Source: Chrysomallon squamiferum
Taxonomy: Eukaryota > Animalia > Mollusca
Direction of reading: 5' to 3'
NCBI GenBank assembly: GCA_012295275.1
Contig: CM022672.1
Location: 20,336,001-20,400,000, forward strand
Length of the DNA: 64,000 nucleotides
Shown here: positions 25,894 to 36,820 of the stretch, piece by piece
Layout of the letters: each line of letters begins with the position of its first letter
Numbering within the stretch: the first letter of the stretch is position 1
Made by a program: the position numbers and the translations under genes
The notes under the pieces: generated by a model
Seen by the model: only the letters and a program-made list of their open reading frames with translations
Databases searched by the model: none
What the model was told of the DNA's origin: nothing

Positions 25894-28218
25894 AGTCCAA
25901 TGAATACACAACATCAGCAAGCACCTAAAAGAAAAGTGAAATGCAAATAAATAATAATAATAAAAAAATACTGCATCTTTCGCAACTGAAGAAATACAAA
26001 CACATTATGGCCATATTTCTTCCCTAGCATTTAACATGACAAATAATATAGATGCCTATTCTATGTAAATTTATTTTACTGCTGATATATATCATATTAA
26101 CACAATATTTTTTCAATTAAGGGGACATGAGGCAAAAAAAAAATAAAAAATTTATGTCACAGAATTGAAACTTGATGGAAATAATCTCCTTTTGTTACCA
26201 TAATAAACCTGTACTTGTTATTTTTTTTAATGATAAATGGTTACCTTTATTTTTGGCTTTCTTTAATATTATAACATTCCCATTTCAAGAACCTCTCCAG
26301 CCCATACCAATATATAGATATATATCACTGAGACATGTATTTCTACAAAATAACAGAAAGAAATTAGTCTTTGTTTACATATTTCTATTCTGAAATAAAA
26401 AAAAGTTGTATAAAGGTCATATGAAAATAGTTAATTTTTCCAAGATTTTCTTTCTGTCATTTTGCAGTGTTTTTTTTTTTTTTTTTTTGTTTTAAATCTA
26501 TATATTCCAAATTTGGAAACTCTAGCACAAATAGTTTTCATATAGCATCTATCCAAATAATATAGATGCATTTGTTAGGATGGTATTGAAAAAGATAGTT
26601 AATAAAAAAAAAAAAAAAAAGTTTTATAACCATATTTGCACATAATCATACCTATAGGGTGACGCTATAAAAAAAAAAAAAAAAAATTTGGCTCGTATGT
26701 CTACTTAATAAAGCTATTTATACTAAAATGGAGAAAGTGGAAGAAAAAAAAAGAAAGATTTTGTGTAATTGGAAGTTTTTATGCTTGATAGATTTAGAGA
26801 AAATACTTCTAAAAAACAAAAGGCTTGACATTAGATGAAACAGGGAAAGTGTTCTCAGCCTGATATTCATTTAAAGGAGGATCTTAACCTCTACTAGTAC
26901 TAGTGTAGAGAAAAAAGTGAAAAAAACTGATGATGATAATAGTAATATATGTATGTATGTATGTATGCATTTACATAAAATAAATAAATAAACTTTTTAG
27001 TAGAATATTGTGACAAATATTAAATTTCTGTGGAAGTCAAATTTAAAGCTTCCACTAGAATTTATTAATACTGAAATCATGAATGTGAGAGGTGAAAGTC
27101 ACGCGACATCCGAACACTGAACTGCTAATAAACATACGTCTTCCCTTTTATAAAATAATATAAAGTAAAAATAGCTTTTCTACATGTTTTCTTTAAAACC
27201 CGACCAATAAAATAAAATTCTGTACAAGTAATGTCAATGATTTTGTTGCCAACAACTAAGTCTAAAATTAAACTTGTTGACTAGGTCACTAGGTCAGAAT
27301 TAAATATCGAATCAAATATCGGATAAAGAACTGCCCTATTATCGTTAAATCAGTTAATATACACGAACAACAGATTAAGTACATTGAATAATGGAAACGT
27401 ATTTAGGCGCTTTTCATAATAAACTAGTTTTTCAAAACCTGATTCACATCAGTTGTTAATAATCAAATTAATTTTTTTTGTTTCCATTTTAGAAACAACC
27501 CGCTTCTCCCGAAGAAATAGTCTCGATTGACTAGATTGTTTCGTAACTTCCGATAGACTATAATATATACACTGCTAGTCTAATTTTCAAATGATCATCT
27601 TTACAATGTTAAATAAAAAATATACATGTTCAAATCCACAAATCGTGTTATTAATTTTTATCTCATGTGTACTAAATTTTTATTTTTCTGCCATCAGTGG
27701 TTTCTCCCTTCTCCCTCTTTTTTGAAAAGGAAAGGGTACAAATAATTTAATTAGTTTAAACATAATTCAAATGATACTTTTATGTAAACATCTCATATTG
27801 TGTTTATTTTTAACACTTTCAAAATATGAAGGGCATTTAGATCTATAACAAATCTAATACAGTTTAAAAAGTAATATACTATTATTGTTCTTTTTTGTTT
27901 TTGTTGTACATTTCTAAGAAGATTGAAAATATCAATTTTTTAAAAACATTAAACTTGTTATTTCTGTTTGGAAGAATTTCTTTGAGTTTGCATAGTTACA
28001 AATGATATTATAATCATATAAAATATTACTGTTTGCAATACGAAGAGATAATAGTTCAATTAAAAAAGGGTCGAAATATCTGAACAGCTGACGCAATGGG
28101 TAAAAACAAAAAATATTTGTGTGGGTACCAGTCTAAAAATAAGGGGACGTAATCCATTTTCCATTGCAACCAAATTGTCCGGGTTTGTTTACTTAGAATG
28201 TAAAAATTTTAACTCGGA

Positions 28219-29787
28219 ATGGGGGATAATTTCTCGGAGCAGTACATTATCGATGTTATTCAGAACATCCGAACATCGAAGTTATATACTGATTTACTAA
28301 ATGCCGCTTATTCAGAAGCTAGTAAGCCAGCAAATAGGATATCGGATCTGAAGAAACAAGTCCACACCGGTCTAGTTAATTCAGGATGGGATAAGAAACT
28401 ACGAAATGCTGTGGCTAAATTTATGCAGACACATCCTCGTGGGCCGCAGACACATGCACCACCTGAACACATTAAAGAACCACTTGTACATCTCAGAAAA
28501 GCACAGCAAGCATGGGAGAAGAAAATATTAAAAAGTTTGAACAGTATGTGCACAGAATTGAGTATTCCACTTGCGCGTAGACGGCCTGAGAGAGATCAAA
28601 AGGATATGGCTGCAAGATGGACAGAGTTAGGAATAGATGGACCTGACTTAACTCAAATCCGACCAGTGTATGCTCCAAAAGATTTTTTAGAAGTTGTCAT
28701 CGGATTACAAAATCCAAACTTTCAGACAGCTAATGCAAATGCATTTTTCAATCTTTTAGGAATTGTTCAAATCCCTTTAAAAGTGCGGGAAATAGATGAA
28801 CTGCGAATTCAGTACAGTGATATGTCAATCAACCAGTGTCAGACAGGAATCGACGATTTTGCAGATATACCATCAGAACTGTTTGAAAATGAAAGAGTCA
28901 AATTAGGGAAGAAAGTCCTAGCAGCACACCATGGTCCCCTGACTCAGGAGTATGCTAAGAAAGGGTGTCCTGTAAGTCTTCGAGGTGAACTTTGGTGCCA
29001 GATGTTAGGAGTCGAAGTTGAGGACATAGATATTCTTTACTTTGAACAGTTGAAGTCATATGTATTGCAACATGACCTGTTGGTAGACAGTTTGCTATAC
29101 AAAGATGTAAAACTGACAGCGACAAATGATGATCAGTATTTTGTGTTTGAGGATTTTCTTTACCAAGTGTTATTGCCTTTCTCAAGAGACACGTGGCTTC
29201 TAAAACACTTTAAACATACGAGTTCTCTTCCTCCAAAATCATATATATGGGGGAAACTTGGTGATGAAGAGTTTGCTGTTGTTTATCCACCAAATGGGGT
29301 CATACCGTTTCATGGATTTGTCATGTATGTTGCTCCACTTTGTTACCTGTACAGAGAACCAGTCAAACTGTATTACGTCTTCAGAGAAATGTACGCACAG
29401 TATTTCTTTCGTCTGCACAGTATCTCTTCACATCCACAGGGAATAGTTGCACTGAGTCAGATGTTTGAAATTTTGCTCCAGAATGACGAACCTGAAATGT
29501 TCTATCATCTGAAGAGTATCGGTTGTCAGCCTTTGAAGATAGCATTTAAATGGCTTATGCGCGCTTTTTCTGGCTTCCTTTCCAGTGATCAAGTTCTTCT
29601 GCTTTGGGATAGAATATTGGCTTATAACTCTTTAGAAATTCTGCCCGTGCTGGCTGTTGCTATATTTTCATTTCGCAAAACAAACCTGATGAAGGTTACA
29701 ACATTTAGTGCTGCTGAAGCCGTTCTTGCAGACTTGACAACTCTACAGGTTGTTCCGCTTATACAGTTAGGCTTGTTTTCGCAGTGA
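28219..29787 (+). CDS. TBC1D19: TBC1 domain family member 19, intronless, 522 aa
   Basis: Uninterrupted ORF with TBC1D19 signatures: WEKKILKSLNSMCTELSIPLARRRP, RPVYAPKDFLEV, KDVKLTATNDDQYFVFED, YPPNGVIPFHGF, IAFKWLMRAFSG, LLLWDRILAYNSLE. Confidence 0.96.
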   Translation: MGDNFSEQYIIDVIQNIRTSKLYTDLLNAAYSEASKPANRISDLKKQVHTGLVNSGWDKKLRNAVAKFMQTHPRGPQTHAPPEHIKEPLVHLRKAQQAWEKKILKSLNSMCTELSIPLARRRPERDQKDMAARWTELGIDGPDLTQIRPVYAPKDFLEVVIGLQNPNFQTANANAFFNLLGIVQIPLKVREIDELRIQYSDMSINQCQTGIDDFADIPSELFENERVKLGKKVLAAHHGPLTQEYAKKGCPVSLRGELWCQMLGVEVEDIDILYFEQLKSYVLQHDLLVDSLLYKDVKLTATNDDQYFVFEDFLYQVLLPFSRDTWLLKHFKHTSSLPPKSYIWGKLGDEEFAVVYPPNGVIPFHGFVMYVAPLCYLYREPVKLYYVFREMYAQYFFRLHSISSHPQGIVALSQMFEILLQNDEPEMFYHLKSIGCQPLKIAFKWLMRAFSGFLSSDQVLLLWDRILAYNSLEILPVLAVAIFSFRKTNLMKVTTFSAAEAVLADLTTLQVVPLIQLGLFSQ

Positions 29788-30268
29788 ATTATAATTATCC
29801 AGTATGGTGCTTTGGTTTCATTAATTAACGTACCATTAAATTACAGATCATGATGACTATTACTACTTGTCTGGACGGTATAATTAAAAATTAAATGTCT
29901 GTTACGTAAATACACGAATGTAAGAAACACATTACTTGCAACTCCAGCATCTGGTCATATTTCTTTGAACTACATTTAAATGTAAAACAAATAATGTAAA
30001 CGCTTATAATTATTTTATTTCGTATTATGTTTTTGGTATATGTAAAAATTGGCAGCTTATATGTATGTATGTCTGTGAGACTAGTTCCATGCGAACGTAA
30101 ATGAGTGTATTTTAATTCAGCAACAGAAATTTAAATTTGATTATTATTTTTTTTTTTTTTCATATGTTTATGTTTTGATTAAAGGACAGAAAGAGAAAAT
30201 CTCGATAGTAATTTCAATTGGGAATGTTTTCCCAAGTTCTGTTTTACTGAACAAATCTTGTTATATTG

Positions 30269-30318
<50 letters not shown>

Positions 30319-30765
30319 TTAAATTCACAATAATTATAATTTTCTTATTAATTTATTTAATAAAAGCACGGTTTGAAAATGCATATGGACAAATATATCT
30401 GTATGTAGAAACGAGGAAAGAAGACGACGAAGAAGAAAAACGCCACAAAGCTAATTTACATCTGCATTTATATTCTAATCGTTTTCGAATTAAAACAAAA
30501 TGTTTAGCTATTATATATCCAGAGCGAATTTATTTTATTCATAGCTGAGTAAAAACATACCGGCCGAATGAAACTAATTAATTTTATTAACTAAGATTGT
30601 AAAATAATTAAATTCCAATTTTTTTGTATGTGTGTGATTCCATGAAATATAATTGTACTTTATTTATAAAACATAAAACAAAAACAACAAAAACATCACC
30701 AACAATCTCCCCCCCCCACACCAAAAAAGATAATCTTTAGTAAAATTATATTTGTTGATTTGGGG

Positions 30766-31056
30766 CATAGGTTTTCATACCTGGGGGTCGCCAGCTTATT
30801 TTCTGGGGGCTGCAAGATTATTCTTGAGCGAGGGTATGTTTTAACTTTTTCAAGTTGACTTGGAAGGAGAAATAAATATTAACGTGTAGATAGGTTTGGG
30901 ACCCGTCATAGTGAATATAGATTCATTTTGTACTGTCTTTGGTTGATGAAAATATGGCAACCCTAGATATTATTGAATCAAAAATTTTAAACAGGTCATC
31001 GGTCATATTGAGTTGCTCATAAAAGGTCGCGGTATGAAAAAAGTTGAAAACCAATG
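30766..31056. mobile_element. hAT-type MITE (291 bp)
   Basis: TIRs CATAGGTTTTCA and TGAAAACCAATG; subterminal GGTCGC motifs; 8-bp target-site duplication ATTTGGGG (30758-30765) / ATTTGAGG (31057-31064). Confidence 0.85.
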
Positions 31057-31513
31057 ATTTGAGGTATTTAAATAAAAAAGGAATTTATGTTAATAACCGG
31101 ACTCTTTTCAGTCATTGTTTCTGCAACAAACATTTCTTTATATGCGATGACGGTTCTTTTTCAAAACCTTTAAAAGGAATTAAAAATAGTTCTTAAAAAA
31201 AAAAAAAAAAATGTAACGTGACGTGTTTTGATAGCAGCATTTCTTAAAATCAGATACTATTTTCAGTTTTGAGAATCTAATTGTAAATAAATGGACAAAA
31301 TAGTAATAATAATAATATGATGATGATGATGATGATGATGATAAAAATAAATAAAATAAAATAAAATAAGTAAATAAATCAATATGTCAGTAAATAAATA
31401 AATAAATAATATAAAAAGAAAATTCAACAGTTAAACGCAAGCCATATTTTTCGGTCATTATTTGATATAACCAATCAAGCCTAGACAGTTGTTATAAAAT
31501 CATTTTCCCAAAT

Positions 31514-33220
31514 CCTTGACTTGGTGAGTGGGCTTGTATTTCTCAGTGACCCAAAAAGCTGTGCCAGCAGGAGCTTTGCTTCTGTTTAGGACATTCCTGC
31601 TGAACTGGTCAATGGGTAGAAACTAGACAAACATGGACTAAGAGTTAATCCTGACAGAAATCTCGAGTGCTGAAGTCAGAAGTATTTGGTCACACAGAGC
31701 AGTCTTATAGACCACAAATCCATTGACTGATAGCTATTGTGACTACATTTCTGGTCAATAATGACGTAGTGGGTGCTCGCCCTGTGACGATTCACCACGA
31801 GGGAGTCCATCTTCAGGTACTGGAAGTACTTCCAGACAGTCTCGAAGAGGCAGAGGTCAAGGAAGTAAAGCTCTTGGTAAGATATAAATAAAAAATAAAA
31901 AATAAAATAAAGCACAACAACAACAACCCCCACAAACAACAACAAAACGAAAAAAAAAAAAAAACCCACCCCTATAATGCAAAATAATGCACTGGAATGT
32001 TGAAAGAGTTTCCAACAAGAAGACAGAACTTCAGCACTTTATGCATGAAGACCAGATCAAAATCTGTTGCATCCAAGAAAACCGTCTGAAAGAATCGATG
32101 AGCTTCAAGGATACAACAACACTGACAGAAGAGGTGAGGAGATCGAAGACTGGCAAAATGAAAAAATAACCCCTTAATTTCATTAACGACCCTCTTGTTC
32201 AGTCAACATTCTATTCCAGGCGTTGGCATTCCGTAACCTCCTTGACCATGCCTTCTGCACTGATGTTGTCACTAAAGTCATTACTCGAGAAGTAAGACCA
32301 TAGCTAAGGGGAAGTGACCATCGACGGGACCTCCTAACCTTAAGAGATGCAAAAACCACACAACATCATAGCCCCAAGGTGGAACTATAAGAATGCCAAA
32401 TGGGAACCTTTCAAGTCCAGATACGAGTCATAGAAGTTATAGTGATATAATTCAACCTCCTGATCATTAAAGCCGAGAACAGGGTTTAGGCAACTAAGAC
32501 AATATATCGCATGAAACTTGCCCTTGACAGTGTTATATCTTGGACTCGAGACTGGTGCATGACAATCCACAAAGACAAATCAGCTACCACTTGTTTTTAA
32601 CTCTTCTCAAATCAGGAAGCAGGTAACCTAAAACTTGATGATTCCATCTTGATTATAGGTCAACAGCAGCAAAGGCACTAAGTTTAAGTCGTTGCTGTAC
32701 ACTCAATCAACAATATAATGATTATTCCTGCAACAGACTCAAAAGAACTAGCTTTCATAAAGGCAACACAAGATAAAAGCCAGATAAAATCCATCACGTC
32801 AGCACTATCAGCTGCATCCCACCCTGGGGACCAAAACTAGACGATGTAAAGATCTGCACAGTGGTGTAACACCCCTCCCTTGGAGAGGATCACAATAAGC
32901 TGTACAAACGAGCTCTGACCATGATTGATAAACAGCCCAGAGACATCATGAACACAGTGGAAAATGGAAGGGCTGGAACATACATCATGGATCTTGTTAG
33001 CTGCCGAAAGTTATTAAACTGCACGAACCATGCTGCAGAAGCTGAGGCTGTCATTCATGCTGCCCACATCATCAGCACCAGAAAGAACTGCTCACACATC
33101 GTCTTTCTAACAGATGCTCTCTCTGCCCTCCAGGCTCTTGAAAACGATAAGCTAGTCTATCGGCAATGTCAGCCAAGTCTTGTTACAATGGATCCCAGCT
33201 CACTGTGGCATACTGGATGA
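31514..33220 (+). mobile_element. Degenerate, internally deleted non-LTR retrotransposon with APE endonuclease and RNase H (Ingi/I-group-like)
   Basis: APE motifs MHWNVE...KKTEL...ICCIQEN (31987-), GSDH (~32310) and PRWNYKNAKW (~32373). RT remnant (~32480-32650). RNase H TNHAAEAEA...VFLTDALSALQAL...LQWIPAHCGI (33010-33213). Many frameshifts and stops. The 5' end resembles RTE/Ingi-type leaders. Confidence 0.85.
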
Positions 33221-33504
33221 AATCTCTCTATAGAAATCTGTCAAAATCTGGAACTGACTTTAACCTATCTGTATGAATTATGAAATGTAATTTTTATTAT
33301 TTGCAATCTATATATTTTTATTTTAGCTAAGAATTCATTTGGTAGCTCTCAGTCAACAAAAAGTAAACATGAACAGCTTCCTAATTACATTTATAAAACA
33401 GTCACAATTTACCTAGCAGGTTAAACATATTCCGCAAAAGACCACCTATAGACACTAACATACTATATAATGCATGTTAATCCATTGAGAGTTTAACAGT
33501 TCTG

Positions 33505-33672
33505 GAAGCGAGTGAATGAACTCTGTTTACGTGCCCAGATCCAAATCAAGGTTCAGACACGCCTATATCGGATCCAGGGATGTGTTCCGGGACAGGAGAG
33601 TGCGTGTGGGGTAAGAGTGGCAAAGGAGGCAAAGGTCTAGGCAGGGCAGAGGGAATGCGAAGGAAAGATTAG
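33505..33672 (-). mobile_element. Probable SINE 3' fragment in the OSTC promoter region
   Basis: GC-richer island. The minus strand ends ...GGCGTGTCTGAACCTTGATTTGGATCTGGGCACGTAAACAGAGTTCATTCA, which resembles molluscan SINE tails as I recall them. Confidence 0.45.
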
Positions 33673-33742
33673 CATTAATTTAACAAAGGGAAGTAACTTT
33701 TCTGTTACTTTTTTGTTCACTTCCGTTGCCACATTTCACAAC

Positions 33743-35727
33743 ATGGAGGCAGTTTATGGAATACCGTTCGTCGTATTAGAATGTCCGAACCTAAAACTGA
33801 AAAAACCTTCATGGTTGAAACAACCTTCAGCAATGGTCATGTATGCTCTAGTTTTATTCTCCTACTTTTTGGTCACAGGAGGTAAAACTTACTCTTTAAT
33901 TCACCGCTCTAATTCAGTTTTCATGTCTTCACAGTCTTGTCTCAAGTTATTTACTATTTAGTTAAACTGAATTATATTATTTCATGGTTTATTATTTCTA
34001 ATATTACTAAGATTAGTTCAAAATGATAAAATGATAATGATAATGATAATGATGAAAGTGCTGAAAGAATGCAACACTATCTTACAATCGTAACAATGAG
34101 TGAATGACTATTATAACATCAACTGACCAAGAGATAAATGTGGACCCTATTGTTTTATTATTATTTTTCACCTGACACTGTTAATTGTAAAAACCGAAAA
34201 TTCATCCAAAATATTTTTATGAGTAATGTTTATTATACTATTTTTAAGTTTATAGAATGTCCATATTTCATCTGAATTGTTCTCCAGGGTATAATATATG
34301 ATGTGATTGTTGAACCTCCAAGTATAGGCCACACAACAGATGAAAGAGGAAATAGTAAACCAGTAAGTTTTAGTTGTACTTCACAACTTATGTTTTACTA
34401 TTCTGTTGAAAACTAAAATTTGAAATGCATAAAAATCCAACCTTGTTAAAGTGTTTTTCAGTTGATAAAGATTTAGCTCATTTCTAATTAATCATCATAA
34501 ATACATTTATGGGGTAGTGAATAGTATCAGAAACTATAAAAGATTGAGAAGATACTGAAGTAAATTTTAAAATTCATCATTCCAGTTGAGTTACATACTG
34601 TGTTAAAATATTTCACAAGTAATTTAATATACTTGTGAAATATATTACTTCGAACTAAAATTTCAGTACTGTTATTAGTAAACTAACTTAGTAACTATAA
34701 AACACTTGAAAAATGTTAATAAAGTTTAAAATAAAAATAAACATATGTTCATCTGAAACAGGGTTGAAAATTAATAGGGTTGCAGCTTGATGCAGTTTAT
34801 TTTAGCACATGAATGCATCAACATAATTACATATTGTCAGATTTTGTGTGAAATAATACATTATATTAATAGATCTGATGGAGGAACATTTATTAATTTT
34901 TTTTATAAAATATTTGTATAATTTGTTTTTTGTATGTTGCCAGGTTGCCTTCATGCCACATAGAATTAATGGTCAGTACATTATGGAAGGTTTAGCAGCT
35001 AGTTTCCTCTTCATGATGGGAGGCATTGGATTTGTTATTCTTGATCAAACCAATAAGCCATTGATGCCACGTCTCAATCGCATTCTCCTGCTCAGCATTG
35101 GCCTCATATCCATCCTCATCTCATTCTTCATGTGCAGAGTGTTCATGCGAATAAAAGTGCCGTAAGTCTTACTACTGTTTGCAGATAACCACGATGCAGA
35201 AATTCATCTCACTTACTGGGTTTTTTCCCTTCTTGCTTTACTTATATGCAACAAATAATTTTCAAAACCAAAAAAGTTAAATTATAATACAAAAATTAAT
35301 CCTGTTCACATTGCACAAATTTATTTTTTTATCTTTTTCTATACTTTCTTCAAAGATGTTCCTTGTTCATTTTTTTTTATTTGGTTTATTAGATCTACAA
35401 TTATGTACTGTATGGGTTTTGGGAAGATGTATTTAAATTTTAAAATGACTCACTGCAAATATACAGTGGCTGTACTGGGTTTATTAAATTTCAAAATAGT
35501 AATTACTATGTAACACTTTTAACTGAAGAAAGGTAATTTATTATTATCTTTGCTTTAAATAAATAAAAAATTTATTATAGAACAGTTTGCTGGAATTTGT
35601 TTTATTATTTTAGTTAAATAATACAGTTGGATTAGTAATTATGTTGTACAAGAAGCATAAGTTAAAATATCTTTATGTTTTTAATTGTTGTCGTCATTTT
35701 CTTTTCAGAGGATACTTACAGTCATAG
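33743..35727 (+). CDS. OSTC: Oligosaccharyltransferase complex subunit OSTC/DC2, 149 aa
   Basis: Exons 33743-33881, 34288/9-34362, 34944-35161 and 35709-35727. Motifs [57 protein letters not shown]. One surplus G sits at the exon 1/2 junction as assembled. Confidence 0.95.
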
Positions 35728-36820
35728 ACACAGAGAAACTTGTTCAAGTCAACAAAATAAACAATGTTATTCTAATGTATGTACTATATGAAATATATAT
35801 AAATAATAGTAATAAAAAAGTTTTTACTGATTATTTCATTTGTTAATTTTGAAATAGTTTAACAGTAGCAGCAGGAAAAAAAAAAAAAAAAAAATTCCGT
35901 AATAAAGTTTTCCTAATTTTGTATTTAGAAAATATTTAATATTACTGAAGCAGAAATAAAAATATGTTATAAAATAGTAAATAACAATGCTATAAAAATT
36001 ACCACTATAATATAATGGATACAATTATGTGAAATAAAACTATACACAAAAATAAAAAGGTGTCTGCTTTTTTCAGTAGTCTTGTAATGATAATAATGCT
36101 CAGAATTCGTAATATAAAATCCTAATTGGATGATATTTGACATCCAAAGAACAAAATTATTATCAAAAATCAGCAAAATGTTACACTTTGTTAATTTTAT
36201 ATTACTACCAAACAACTATAACATTAATCATGACTTAAAATAAAAATAAGATTGTTGTCGAAAAGACAATGTTCTCTACCTAATAATGAATGATGATATC
36301 AAATGTTATTCATGATGATAGTAAGAAAATTAAAAAAAAAAAAAAAAAAATCTTATAACTGCATTATGTAAAGAAATAAGAGTAAACAAATAAACAACAT
36401 TTTTTTTTATTTATGCACCAAAACAATGGATATAAAATTATAATATTTCTGTACAAAATACATACTGTTTTTTGGCAAGAAAAAGTGTAACACAGAAAAA
36501 TAATGTGAATGCAACATTCAACAGAACTGTCTGTCTGTCTCTGTCTCTGTGTCTAATCTTAAGACAGAGAACATGATCAGTTTTTATGGTGATAGACATT
36601 CATGACTAGCATCTAAAAGGATAAATGTATGTTTGGAAAACTGCAGTAAGGACTAAACATCCATACTGTGATGTTATAGAAGAACAAAATATATTATATA
36701 AATTGTCATATTTCAGTGAAATAACTGGTTATTTCTTTAGACCAAATGTAATTAAATCTTTTTGAAACAGGAAAATGATGCTGATTTCAGTTTTGAGAAA
36801 GACAAAGATTTAAAATTCAT

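Noticed and set aside
28308-29446. Antisense and alternate-frame ORFs over TBC1D19 (also over the DAXX exons at 17656 and 24734-25210)
   Set aside because: Shadow ORFs of real coding exons, with no independent features.
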